In this document: piece after piece, positions 51,166-60,638 of the stretch
How positions within the stretch are numbered: position 1 is the first letter of the stretch
Layout: every line of letters begins with the position of its first letter
From: an uncultured Lachnospiraceae bacterium
GTDB lineage: Bacteria > Bacillota > Clostridia > Lachnospirales > Lachnospiraceae
Length of the DNA stretch: 64,000 nt
NCBI GenBank assembly: GCA_902783775.1
Contig: CACZSI010000135.1
Location: forward strand, 44,775 to 108,774
Direction of reading: 5' to 3'
The notes under the pieces: model-generated
The model's database searches: none
Seen by the model: the letters and a program-made list of their open reading frames with translations, nothing else
What the model was told of the DNA's origin: nothing
Translations under genes and position numbers: made by a program

Positions 51166-51441
51166 TCAATATTTCACATCAAAACCGGAGTCGTGATAAT
51201 CCACCTCTAAATTCTTAATATCCACATCATCTATCACAATATAACTGCTATTATTTAATTCTTTTATAAGTCTATATACATTTTCTTCTTCTCCCTGAAC
51301 CTGGGCTTTAACTGTGCCGTCATATTCATTTTGGCACCAGCCTGTAAGTCTTAGATCTCTAGCTATATTGCAGGCTCTAAATCTAAAGCCCACGCCCTGT
51401 ACTCTTCCATGAAATATTATTTCTTTTCTAACAATTGCCAA
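51166..51441 (-). CDS. acyP: Acylphosphatase
   Basis: GRVQGVGFR, GWCQN..DGTV; probable TTG start after GGAG. Confidence 0.9.
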   Translation of the reverse strand: MAIVRKEIIFHGRVQGVGFRFRACNIARDLRLTGWCQNEYDGTVKAQVQGEEENVYRLIKELNNSSYIVIDDVDIKNLEVDYHDSGFDVKY

Positions 51442-51538
51442 ATAACCCTCTCCTTTCACTATTGTTTTTCAATATTTTAAGTATACTTTAAATCACCGTA
51501 TTGCGCCATAAATTTAGGGCAATTTATCTCCTGTATTC

Positions 51539-51567
51539 TTGACTTTATTTAAGGGCTAACATAAAAT
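51539..51567 (+). promoter_or_regulatory. SigA promoter for the aquaporin gene
   Basis: TTGACT-17 bp-TAAAAT. Confidence 0.6.
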
Positions 51568-51617
51568 TAAAATTAGGTGTTTATGCGCTAAAAATTAAAT
51601 ATAAGGAGGATATATCA

Positions 51618-52391
51618 ATGAAGAAGTATATCGCAGAATTTATTGGAACTTTCGTTCTTGTTACTTTTGGTTGCGGTGCTGCAGTTACAGCTAACGACCT
51701 AATTAACAATTACATCGTAGGACAGACTATCTCTGAGGATGTAACTCCATTAGCATTATCCACATTGCTAATTGCCTTCGCTTTTGGATTGTCAATTGTA
51801 GCAATGGCTTATTCTATTGGAAATGTATCAGGATGTCATATTAATCCTGCTGTTTCAATCGGAGTTTGGGCTGTAGGAAAACTTTCTAGTATCGACTTAT
51901 TAGGATACATTGTAGCTCAGTTCTTAGGAGCAACTGCCGGTGCAGGATTTTTATGGGCAATAACAGGTCAGCGCGAGTCATTAGGACAGAATGGTTTCGG
52001 AATGAACAGTGCATTGGGAACAGGATATCTTAGAGCTATCATAGTTGAGATTGTTTTAACTGCTGTTTTCGTTCTAGTTATTCTTTGCGTTACATCAAAA
52101 GCTGAATATTCTAAGATTGCAGGTATGGTAATTGGTTTAACATTAACTTTAATCCATATTTTAGGAATTCCTTTTACAGGAACATCAGTTAATCCTGCTA
52201 GAAGTTTTGGACCAGCTATTTTAGTTCAGGGTAATGCTCTTAAGCAGCTTCCTGTATTCCTTATCGCTCCAATACTTGGTGCTATCTTAGCAGCCATTGT
52301 TTTCAAGCTAGTATTCGATGAGAAAAAAGTTGTTACTGAAAACTTAGCTAAGATTGATAATGAAACAGAAATTGATGAAGATGTAGAATAA
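51618..52391 (+). CDS. Aquaporin (MIP family)
   Basis: AEFIGT and two NPA motifs (HINPAV, SVNPARS). Confidence 0.95.
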   Translation: MKKYIAEFIGTFVLVTFGCGAAVTANDLINNYIVGQTISEDVTPLALSTLLIAFAFGLSIVAMAYSIGNVSGCHINPAVSIGVWAVGKLSSIDLLGYIVAQFLGATAGAGFLWAITGQRESLGQNGFGMNSALGTGYLRAIIVEIVLTAVFVLVILCVTSKAEYSKIAGMVIGLTLTLIHILGIPFTGTSVNPARSFGPAILVQGNALKQLPVFLIAPILGAILAAIVFKLVFDEKKVVTENLAKIDNETEIDEDVE

Positions 52392-52402
52392 TTTAATAAA
52401 AC

Positions 52403-52465
52403 AATAGACCTGCTAGGTTAAATATGTTCCCAAATTAGGATCATATTAATCTTAGCAGGTCTATT
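52403..52465. terminator. Long bidirectional hairpin between convergent genes
   Basis: AATAGACCTGCTA/TAGCAGGTCTATT outer stem, AATATG/CATATT inner stem. Confidence 0.75.
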
Positions 52466-52467
52466 TT

Positions 52468-54207
52468 TTAGTTTTTCATTAAACTATATAATTCGTAATA
52501 TGCACCTTTTTTATTCATTAATTCCTCATGATTTCCCTCTTCTTCTATTCCATTTTCAGTTAACACTAAAATTCTTTTAGCATTTCTAATAGTAGTCAAT
52601 CTATGAGCAATAACCAATGTAGTTCTATTCTTAGCTAATTTTTCTAAAGACTCCTGAACTACCTTCTCACTTTCATTATCAAGGGCTGATGTAGCCTCAT
52701 CAAAAATTAGAATAGGCGGATTTTTTAAGAATACTCTAGCTATACTAATTCTTTGCTTCTGTCCTCCTGATAACTTCACACCTCTCTGGCCTATATCTGT
52801 ATCAAAACCATCCGGCAGACTCATAATAAAGTCGTAGGCATTAGCATTTTTAGCAGCTTCAATTATTTCCTCTCTGCTAGCTTTAGGCTTTCCATAACTA
52901 ATATTTTCTAAAATAGTTCCGGCAAACAAATACACGTCCTGCTGAACTATTCCTATATTATCCCTTAAACTTTTAATTGTAACATCTTTAATATCCACAT
53001 CATCTATTGTAATAGTTCCGGCTGACACATCGTAAAATCTAGGGATAAGGTTACAAAGGGTAGTTTTTCCGGCACCTGAGCTTCCAACTAACGCGATATA
53101 CTCTCCCTCTTTAATATTTAAATCAATATGTCTTAGTACTCTATGAGCACCCTCATTGTATCTAAAGGAAACATCGCTAAACTTAATATCACCTCTGACA
53201 TTTTCTAAAACTTTAGCATTCTCTTTTTCTTTGATATCCGGTTCAATAGCTAAAATCTGTAGAAATCTCTCATATCCGGAATATCCGTTTTGGAACTGCT
53301 CTGTAAAATCAATAAGAGTTCTTATAGGATCAGTAAATACATTTATATATAAAAGAAATGTAATAAGATCAGTTACACTAACCATATCCTTTGATATCAT
53401 AAATGCTCCTGCAATAATCACTACAATATTAATCATGGCTGTAAAAGCCTGCAATCCTGAATGATATCCACCCATATATTTATAATTATTTTTCTTAGCT
53501 CTTAGGAAACCGTCATTGCCCTCTTTAAACTTTTCATTTTCAATATCTTCATTGGCAAAGGATTTAACCACTCTTATTCCGGATAGATTATCTTCGATCT
53601 GTTCATTGATTTTAGCAACCTTTACTCGATTCATTTTAAAGGTTCTCTTCATCTTTTTATTAAAGAAATATGCATAGAGAATCATAAATGGAACTAATAT
53701 AAATGCAGCTAGGGCTAGCTTTACATTTATGTACGAAAGAATAATTAATGCTCCCACCATCTTAATTAGGGAAATCACTAAATTTTCCGGTCCGTGATGT
53801 AATAGTTCCGTTATCTCAAATAAATCAGAAGTTATTCGAGACATTAACTGACCTACTTTTTGATCATCATAAAAAGAAAAAGATAATTTTTGGTAATGGT
53901 CAAAAATCTGAGCTCTCATATCATATTCTATATTAGCACCCATAACATGGCCGTAATTAGCTATATAATAATTACAAAAGAATTGATAAATAATTAAAGC
54001 TACCAGCACTACCGCTATAAGTGCTAACTTATCTATTAACTCATTTTGAGGCAGTGTTATAACGCTTTTTGTGACATAGCGCACTACTAAGGGAATTACT
54101 AGGGAAATGGCAGATGCACAAATAGCAAAAAACATATCTAGAAAAAAGACCTTTTTATATGGTTTATAATACTGTATAAGTTTCTTTAAGTTCTCTTTCA
54201 TAAACAT
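52468..54207 (-). CDS. ABC exporter, fused permease/ATPase
   Basis: TM domain; GSSGAGKT, LSGGQKQR, DEATSALD. Confidence 0.94.
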   Translation of the reverse strand: MFMKENLKKLIQYYKPYKKVFFLDMFFAICASAISLVIPLVVRYVTKSVITLPQNELIDKLALIAVVLVALIIYQFFCNYYIANYGHVMGANIEYDMRAQIFDHYQKLSFSFYDDQKVGQLMSRITSDLFEITELLHHGPENLVISLIKMVGALIILSYINVKLALAAFILVPFMILYAYFFNKKMKRTFKMNRVKVAKINEQIEDNLSGIRVVKSFANEDIENEKFKEGNDGFLRAKKNNYKYMGGYHSGLQAFTAMINIVVIIAGAFMISKDMVSVTDLITFLLYINVFTDPIRTLIDFTEQFQNGYSGYERFLQILAIEPDIKEKENAKVLENVRGDIKFSDVSFRYNEGAHRVLRHIDLNIKEGEYIALVGSSGAGKTTLCNLIPRFYDVSAGTITIDDVDIKDVTIKSLRDNIGIVQQDVYLFAGTILENISYGKPKASREEIIEAAKNANAYDFIMSLPDGFDTDIGQRGVKLSGGQKQRISIARVFLKNPPILIFDEATSALDNESEKVVQESLEKLAKNRTTLVIAHRLTTIRNAKRILVLTENGIEEEGNHEELMNKKGAYYELYSLMKN

Positions 54208-54311
54208 CCTTCTTTCTTTTTAATCTTTCTTTATAAATTTAAAAATAGATTATAGCACAATAATTTTCGCTGTCAATTGCACACATATTTTTAATATGAT
54301 AAACTATACGA

Positions 54312-55103
54312 ATGTTGGAGGTGAAAAAATTGAACTTATTTTTATTTATATTTTATTTAATTTTATCTATATCAAACATATCTTATTTTATTATTTATAT
54401 ATTAAGGCTTGGCACAAACAATAAGTTTGTATATTTCTTTTTAATTATGAGCATTGTCTTTTTAGCATTTAGCATTTTTCATTTTCTGCTATTTAAAAAT
54501 ATTATCCAAACGCCTAAATGGCTAATGGTAATAGTCTATGGATTAATCGCTGTCTGTTTAGTTATATTTACCACTGTTCAGAGTAAAATTATTGTAGCTG
54601 CTAACTCTACTCCTTCAAAGGATGCTGATTATGTAGTTATTCTAGGCGCCCGTGTGGTAGGAAACAGACTTACTCAAAATCTTAAGTATCGCCTTAATGC
54701 ATCCCTTGATTATTACAAGGATAATCCCAATGTTAAATTCGTGGTAAGTGGCGGACGAGGTCCCGGCGAAAATATTACTGAGGCAGATGCAATGGCTGGC
54801 TACTTAATGGAAAATGGAATTGATAAGAATAAGATTATTATCGAGAATACATCTAAAAATACTGAAGAAAATATGCGTTTTTCAAAGGAACTAATTATAA
54901 GAGATGGCGGTGATATAAAAAACAATAAAGTCATTGTTTGTTCTAACAGTTTTCATCTATATAGAAGCAAGCGCCTAATGGAGAAAAAAGGATTTAAAAA
55001 TGTGGATGTTATAGGTGCTAAGACTAAGACTTTCACTATTCCTCTAAGCTATATTAGAGAATCTTTTTCTGTGGTTTACTATAAAACCAAGGGACGTATA
55101 TAA
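54312..55103 (+). CDS. YdcF/DUF218 (ElyC/SanA-like) membrane protein
   Basis: VVILGA, VSGG, TEADAM, SKNTEEN, FHLYRS, RE. The start may be TTG at 54330. Confidence 0.88.
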   Translation: MLEVKKLNLFLFIFYLILSISNISYFIIYILRLGTNNKFVYFFLIMSIVFLAFSIFHFLLFKNIIQTPKWLMVIVYGLIAVCLVIFTTVQSKIIVAANSTPSKDADYVVILGARVVGNRLTQNLKYRLNASLDYYKDNPNVKFVVSGGRGPGENITEADAMAGYLMENGIDKNKIIIENTSKNTEENMRFSKELIIRDGGDIKNNKVIVCSNSFHLYRSKRLMEKKGFKNVDVIGAKTKTFTIPLSYIRESFSVVYYKTKGRI

Positions 55104-55130
55104 AAAAAGTGCGAATTTTCGCACTTTTTT
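55102..55130. terminator. Bidirectional terminator
   Basis: AAAAAAGTGCGAA-TT-TTCGCACTTTTTT. Confidence 0.85.
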
Positions 55131-55561
55131 TATAGCTCATTTTCTGTTATAACTTTTATCTTTCTGTCTTTTAAAACTCTAGCAAATATTCCATCCCCAT
55201 CAATTAATTTCTTAGAAAAGCTTCCATCATAGATTTTACCCGAGCCACAAGATGGACTATTAGCTTTTAATATTGCCCCCTCAATTTCTTCTCCTATTTC
55301 TTTACTATAATTTATTGCCTTTTCAAGGGATAGTTTAGCTCCTAAAATAAACTCATAAGTTACATCTACTCCCTCTTTATTAATGACAGATTCTCCTTTT
55401 ATTTCGGCAGCAGGTCTAGGTATTTTTAATCCACCGGCACTTTCAGGACATACCTCCACATATTTTTTATCTTTTAAAAATTCTAATACTTTCTCATTTC
55501 TATTATTGCCACCATTATATTTACAATTCTTTCCTAAAAGGCAACCGCTTACTATATACAT
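55130..55561 (-). CDS. DUF523 family protein (thiouracil desulfurase-like, Fe-S)
   Basis: VSGCLLG.NCKYNG, CPE..GGL.IPR, LKANSPSCG. Confidence 0.88.
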   Translation of the reverse strand: MYIVSGCLLGKNCKYNGGNNRNEKVLEFLKDKKYVEVCPESAGGLKIPRPAAEIKGESVINKEGVDVTYEFILGAKLSLEKAINYSKEIGEEIEGAILKANSPSCGSGKIYDGSFSKKLIDGDGIFARVLKDRKIKVITENEL

Positions 55562-55679
55562 AAAAACCTCCATAAAACCTTATTAAATATAGTATATAAT
55601 AACATAATTACCTTGCTTAAATCACCTCATTATTATAAAATTAAAGGAGTAATTTAATATTTAGAAAGGACGAAAAATA

Positions 55680-56978
55680 ATGGGTAATTATTTCCAAGAA
55701 GAAATCGAGACAGCTTCTCGAGATGAAATCGAAAAAATTCAGAATGAAGGATTAGTTAAGTGTGTAAAACGTGTTTATGAAAATGTTCCATATTATAGAG
55801 ATCTTATGGACAAGGCAGGTGTTACACCTGATGATATTAAAGGATTAGATGATTTAAAGAAACTTCCTTTTATCACAAAGAATGATTTAAGAGACGCTTA
55901 TCCTTATGGATTATTAGCTACTCCTCTATCTGATTGCGTGAGAATTCATTCCACATCAGGTACTACAGGAAAACGTGTTGTGGCATACTATACACAAAAC
56001 GATATTGATTTATGGGATAACTGCTGTGCCAGAGCTATCGCTGCTGCCGGCGGAACTAAAGAAGATGCTTGTCACGTAGCTTACGGTTACGGTTTATTTA
56101 CAGGTGGATTCGGACTAAATGGTGGTTCACAGAAATTAGGATGTTTAACACTTCCTATGTCTTCAGGAAACACTGACAGACAGCTTCAGTTTATGACTGA
56201 CTTAAACTCTAATATTTTATGCTGTACTCCTTCTTACGCAGCTTATTTAGCTGAGTCAATTGAAGAGAGAGGGCTTATTGACGATATCAACTTAAAATCA
56301 GGTATCTTCGGTGCTGAGGCATGGTCTGAAGAAATGAGAAAAGATATTGAAAAGAAATTAAATATTAAGGCATATGATATTTATGGTTTGACAGAGATTT
56401 CTGGACCAGGTGTTGCTTTTGAATGTGAGTGTCAGGATGGAATGCATATTAATGAGGATTACTTTATTGCAGAAATTATTGATCCTGAAACCGGAGAGCC
56501 ATTGCCAGAGGGCGAGAAAGGTGAGTTAGTATTTACAAGTTTTGCTAAGGAAGCCTTCCCTCTTATCAGATATAGAACTAAGGATATCACTTATATCACT
56601 CGCAAGAAGTGTAAATGTGGCAGAACTCACGCTAGAATTCACAGACTTATGGGTAGAACTGATGATATGCTTATCATCAAAGGTGTTAACGTATTCCCAT
56701 CTCAGGTAGAAGAGGTATTAATTAACCACGGTATGCCATCTAACTACCAGTTAGTAGTTGACAGAGTTAACAATTCTGATACTTTAGAGGTATTAGTTGA
56801 GATGACACCTGATATGTTCTCAGATAACTTAAGTTTAGTTATGAATAAAGAAAAAGAAATTGTAACTGCTCTTAAGAGTATGTTAGGTATATATGCTAAG
56901 GTTAAATTAGTTGAGCCTAAGACTATTGCTCGTTCAGAAGGAAAGGCAGTTAGAGTTATCGATAAAAGAAAAATATAG
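55680..56978 (+). CDS. paaK: Phenylacetate-CoA ligase family protein
   Basis: HSTSGTTG, YGYGLFTGG, DIYGLTE, RYRTKD, GRTDDM, GVNVFPSQ. Confidence 0.88.
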   Translation: MGNYFQEEIETASRDEIEKIQNEGLVKCVKRVYENVPYYRDLMDKAGVTPDDIKGLDDLKKLPFITKNDLRDAYPYGLLATPLSDCVRIHSTSGTTGKRVVAYYTQNDIDLWDNCCARAIAAAGGTKEDACHVAYGYGLFTGGFGLNGGSQKLGCLTLPMSSGNTDRQLQFMTDLNSNILCCTPSYAAYLAESIEERGLIDDINLKSGIFGAEAWSEEMRKDIEKKLNIKAYDIYGLTEISGPGVAFECECQDGMHINEDYFIAEIIDPETGEPLPEGEKGELVFTSFAKEAFPLIRYRTKDITYITRKKCKCGRTHARIHRLMGRTDDMLIIKGVNVFPSQVEEVLINHGMPSNYQLVVDRVNNSDTLEVLVEMTPDMFSDNLSLVMNKEKEIVTALKSMLGIYAKVKLVEPKTIARSEGKAVRVIDKRKI

Positions 56979-56989
56979 GAGGTGTTTAT

Positions 56990-57421
56990 ATGTATATTCA
57001 TCAGATTTCAGTTTTCATTGAAAACAAAGCCGGAAACCTTTCAAAATTTACAAACTTCTTAGCTGACAATCAAATTGATATGAGATCATTTGAAATCGCT
57101 GATGCCGCTGATTTTGGAATTATTCGTATTATTGTAGATCAGCCTATTGAAACTCTCACTCTTCTAAGAGAGAACGGTTGGATTTGTAATATTACTGAAG
57201 TTATCGGTGTTAAGATACCTGATAAGCCGGGTTCAATGGCTAAGTGCATGAGCATTTTAGCTGAAAACAAGATTAGCGTGGAATATGTACACGCATTTCT
57301 AGCTAGAGATACTAATGATGCATTGATGATTTTTAGAGTAGATGACAATGAAAAAGTTGTTTCACTACTAAAGAAGAACGGAGTTACAATCATCAGTCAG
57401 GAACAGTTAATGGCTATGTAA
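56990..57421 (+). CDS. Tandem ACT-domain protein
   Basis: QISVFIENKAG, DFGIIRIIV, DKPG; typical paaK neighbour. Confidence 0.88.
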   Translation: MYIHQISVFIENKAGNLSKFTNFLADNQIDMRSFEIADAADFGIIRIIVDQPIETLTLLRENGWICNITEVIGVKIPDKPGSMAKCMSILAENKISVEYVHAFLARDTNDALMIFRVDDNEKVVSLLKKNGVTIISQEQLMAM

Positions 57422-57426
57422 ATATT

Positions 57427-57457
57427 AAAAGGCGGTCAAATGACCGCCTTTATTTTT
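57427..57457. terminator. Bidirectional terminator
   Basis: AAAGGCGGTCA-AA-TGACCGCCTTT. Confidence 0.85.
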
Positions 57458-57460
57458 GTC

Positions 57461-60331
57461 TTATTTTACTTTCTTAGTTTTCTTTGGCTTAGACCAAGCA
57501 GAATAATACTTAGTTCCATCTTTCATGCATACTGCTCTTGTTCTAAGATAATATACCTTCTTAGATTTTAATCCTGTAATAACTAAACTTAATTTAGAAG
57601 TTCTCTTAGTCTTAGCCTTTTTCATATTCTTCTTTAAAGAATACTGTACTTCGTACTTAGTAGCCTTATTAACCTTTGTAAGCTTTAATGATATCTTTTT
57701 CTTTTTAACACTAACCTTCTTAAGCTTAGGAGTCTTTAATCTAATTTCATTATTTGTAACTGATTTAGTAACTTCCTCCTGACCCTTGGCTGGCTGTGTA
57801 TTAATTGTGGTAGGATTAACTACAGTTGGTCTGGCTGTTGTAGGTCTAGCTGTTGTAGTCTCCTGCGTAACGAAAATGCTAGAAGGCTGACTCTTAGTTA
57901 TAATATTATGATTTACAGCTGCCACTTCCACTTTATGATTTCCGCCCTTAATATTAGTAAACTCATTTTCTCCAGCTTCTTCGTATGTAATACCACTAGC
58001 TTTTAATACATTGTCCACATATATTGAATATGTAGCATCTTTATTTTCTATTTTATCCCATTTAACTCTTAAATGATTAAATCCATCACTCTCTGTAATT
58101 ATATTAGTTGGAGCATCCGGAATTAATGATTCAGCACCCATAATTCCAATTTCACATATATGATATGAATCCGAACCCCCGAATATAGTTCCATCCGGAT
58201 TAAAAGGATTTCCGTAATTTCCATTTAATATTCTATATTTTACATATCTAACTTTTTCCTGAGAATAAGAAGTGACATCTACATTGTCCTCTATAGGCTG
58301 CATAAATTCGTATTTATTAGTGTAGAATACTCTCTCATAATTTTCGCCGTCACCTGAGAATAGTATCTCATATTCTTTAGCTGCTCTATCAGCATTCTCG
58401 AAATATGATAACACTGTTTTAATTTCATTAGGTTTAAACTCACTTCCTAAGTCAAAATCCATATCAAGAACCTTAACTCCAGGCTGTCCCTGTACATATC
58501 CTGAATGGTGAGCATAGTTATTAGTTACACCATCCACTAAAACACTAGGTGCAGCACTAATTCCCTGACTACCTTTTACTACGCCCTGTCCCGGAACACC
58601 ATTCCAGTTAGCTTTCTCACATGTAACTACTACGTTACGATTTATAAAAGAGTAAACTAGATTAAGTCCGGTTCTAAGGTAGTTAGAATATCCATCTACC
58701 ATACATTTCTTTGTAACGCCGGCTGATACCCAACCATTATGTACAGACTGTACGGTGATTATTGCCTCTCCTGTAGCCACGTCATCTACTTCATATCCTT
58801 GATTAACCTTAGCATCAGCGTTAATAATTTTATCATTAACTGAAACTATATAACTATATGTTTCATTCTGATTCTCTGAAGGAATAATAGTATATTTTAA
58901 TCTGTTAAATCCAGCACCTTCTGCTACAATATTTTCAATCTCTTCTACATCCGGTGTGATAACAGTAGGTTGGTTAGAATCCATAATAACACCCGCTTCA
59001 ACTACACAGTAACCCCAGTTATTTGAACCTTCAGTTAAAGTAATTTTAACAAATCTAAATGCATCCTCTTTGTAATCGCTAGTATTATTTAATGCAACTG
59101 AATTCAATGTTAATTTTCCATTATTTTCAGGCTTAAATCCTTTAGACTCTCCCACTTTAATAAAGTTTATTCCATCTTTTGAAATCTCAACCTTTGTAGT
59201 AGCAGCATAAGTTGCTGTATTGGCATATCCAATTAATAATCTATCAAGTTGAGATGGATTATAATATTTTCCCAAGTCAAATGTGAAATGCTGGTTTCCT
59301 CCCATAGCTAATCTTAAACACTCACCTGTGCCCTCTCCAGGATTAAGCTTTCCGTCATTTACCTTATTAGCATTTGACATACTATGTCCCTCATAGAACT
59401 TACTTACATCTGTTACCTTAGCCTGGGCATTATTTGATATAAGTGCTACATTAGCCTTACTTGTTATTAAAGAACTAAGAGCTGTTACATTAATCGCTTC
59501 ACTGGTAATACCCTCAGATATTTTTCCAGGCTCTACTGACACTACTTTTACAGTGTGTTTACCGCCTTCTATTCCTTTTACTGTAATATCTTCTCCTGCT
59601 TTTACTCCATTGCCAATGATTGTTTTGCCGTCTAAATATACCATATAAACTGTATCAGTCTGATTCTGTGATGCTTTAATATTATATGTTATACTATTGT
59701 AATCATTAGTTTTAACAGAAACAGACTCTGCATCATCACAAGTATCAGGAATTACTTCCTGTGCATTCTTATCCACATCTAAAACAGCTATTTCTCTAGC
59801 CTGAACACCGTACTTATATGAATTAGGATAAAGTAATTTGATAAATCTAACCTTTCCCGTAATATTACTCAAATCCTCTTCTTCGATTAGATTATTATCA
59901 TTAATCTGATCTTTAACATTTTTCCCTGTAACTGATAATACTTCATTATAGTAATATCCATCTACCGAATAAAGGATCTTATATCCATTAAAAGGAACAT
60001 CATCTGCATTATTTTCCTTATATCCCACTACTAACTTATCAAGTGTAGAAGCATCATATGTTTTTCCTAAATCGATAAGATAATATGAGTTAGGTGTTTC
60101 AAATTTTGTAGCTGCATGTTCTCCTGCAAAACTACCGTCAGTCAATGCTGATTCTTTTCCTTCCTGCAATGAAGGATTAGCCGTAATCATTTTTCCACGA
60201 GCTAAATTGTACACTGCACTTGATACCATTGTCTCAATATTAACATCTGCCATTATGTTAACATTAGACATTGAGCTAATAACCATTCCTAGAGAAAGGG
60301 TTAACGCCATAGCTTTCTTTAATAATTTCAT
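57461..60331 (-). CDS. Secreted protein with three discoidin/F5-8C(CBM32)-like + FN3-like pairs and a Lys-rich C-terminal module
   Basis: Three repeats with NLA/NVA/NLV...DG...(I/F)DLG...(V/F)R(F/Y)(I/V)K...E motifs; no catalytic motif recognised. Confidence 0.7.
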   Translation of the reverse strand: MKLLKKAMALTLSLGMVISSMSNVNIMADVNIETMVSSAVYNLARGKMITANPSLQEGKESALTDGSFAGEHAATKFETPNSYYLIDLGKTYDASTLDKLVVGYKENNADDVPFNGYKILYSVDGYYYNEVLSVTGKNVKDQINDNNLIEEEDLSNITGKVRFIKLLYPNSYKYGVQAREIAVLDVDKNAQEVIPDTCDDAESVSVKTNDYNSITYNIKASQNQTDTVYMVYLDGKTIIGNGVKAGEDITVKGIEGGKHTVKVVSVEPGKISEGITSEAINVTALSSLITSKANVALISNNAQAKVTDVSKFYEGHSMSNANKVNDGKLNPGEGTGECLRLAMGGNQHFTFDLGKYYNPSQLDRLLIGYANTATYAATTKVEISKDGINFIKVGESKGFKPENNGKLTLNSVALNNTSDYKEDAFRFVKITLTEGSNNWGYCVVEAGVIMDSNQPTVITPDVEEIENIVAEGAGFNRLKYTIIPSENQNETYSYIVSVNDKIINADAKVNQGYEVDDVATGEAIITVQSVHNGWVSAGVTKKCMVDGYSNYLRTGLNLVYSFINRNVVVTCEKANWNGVPGQGVVKGSQGISAAPSVLVDGVTNNYAHHSGYVQGQPGVKVLDMDFDLGSEFKPNEIKTVLSYFENADRAAKEYEILFSGDGENYERVFYTNKYEFMQPIEDNVDVTSYSQEKVRYVKYRILNGNYGNPFNPDGTIFGGSDSYHICEIGIMGAESLIPDAPTNIITESDGFNHLRVKWDKIENKDATYSIYVDNVLKASGITYEEAGENEFTNIKGGNHKVEVAAVNHNIITKSQPSSIFVTQETTTARPTTARPTVVNPTTINTQPAKGQEEVTKSVTNNEIRLKTPKLKKVSVKKKKISLKLTKVNKATKYEVQYSLKKNMKKAKTKRTSKLSLVITGLKSKKVYYLRTRAVCMKDGTKYYSAWSKPKKTKKVK

Positions 60332-60418
60332 TTTTCTCCTCCTATAAGCTATAAATATTTAGTTTTTGTCCGTTCCTATGGTGTCAGATTAAAAGGTGTT
60401 CTAATTCTTTTAATCACG

Positions 60419-60447
60419 AAAAAAAGACACACTTATCTGTGTGTGCC
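60419..60447 (-). terminator. Terminator inside the 5' leader of the 956-aa gene
   Basis: GGCACAC-ACAGATAA-GTGTGTC-TTTTTTT. Confidence 0.7.
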
Positions 60448-60509
60448 TTAGATTAAAAGTAACCTTTCATTCTAAACCCTTTCAAAAGTTTTGCGTTACT
60501 TATGGTAAT

Positions 60510-60538
60510 AGAATAACATTTAAGCATAAAACTGTCAA
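60510..60538 (-). promoter_or_regulatory. SigA promoter
   Basis: TTGACA-17 bp-TATTCT with TG extension. Confidence 0.7.
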
Positions 60539-60545
60539 TAAATAC

Positions 60546-60582
60546 AAAAATCCCATTCCTCTATCTCTAGAAGAATGGGATT
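60546..60582 (-). terminator. Terminator after the MFS gene
   Basis: AATCCCATTC/GAATGGGATT stem followed by TTT. Confidence 0.78.
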
Positions 60583-60638
60583 ATTTCCATTAATTATTTA
60601 TTTGCTTTAGCTTCTGCCTTAGCTGCTAATGCCTTATC

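Noticed and set aside
60455-60502. c-di-GMP-I riboswitch
   Set aside because: GCAAA and GAAA fragments are present, but the second conserved hairpin and the tetraloop receptor are missing.
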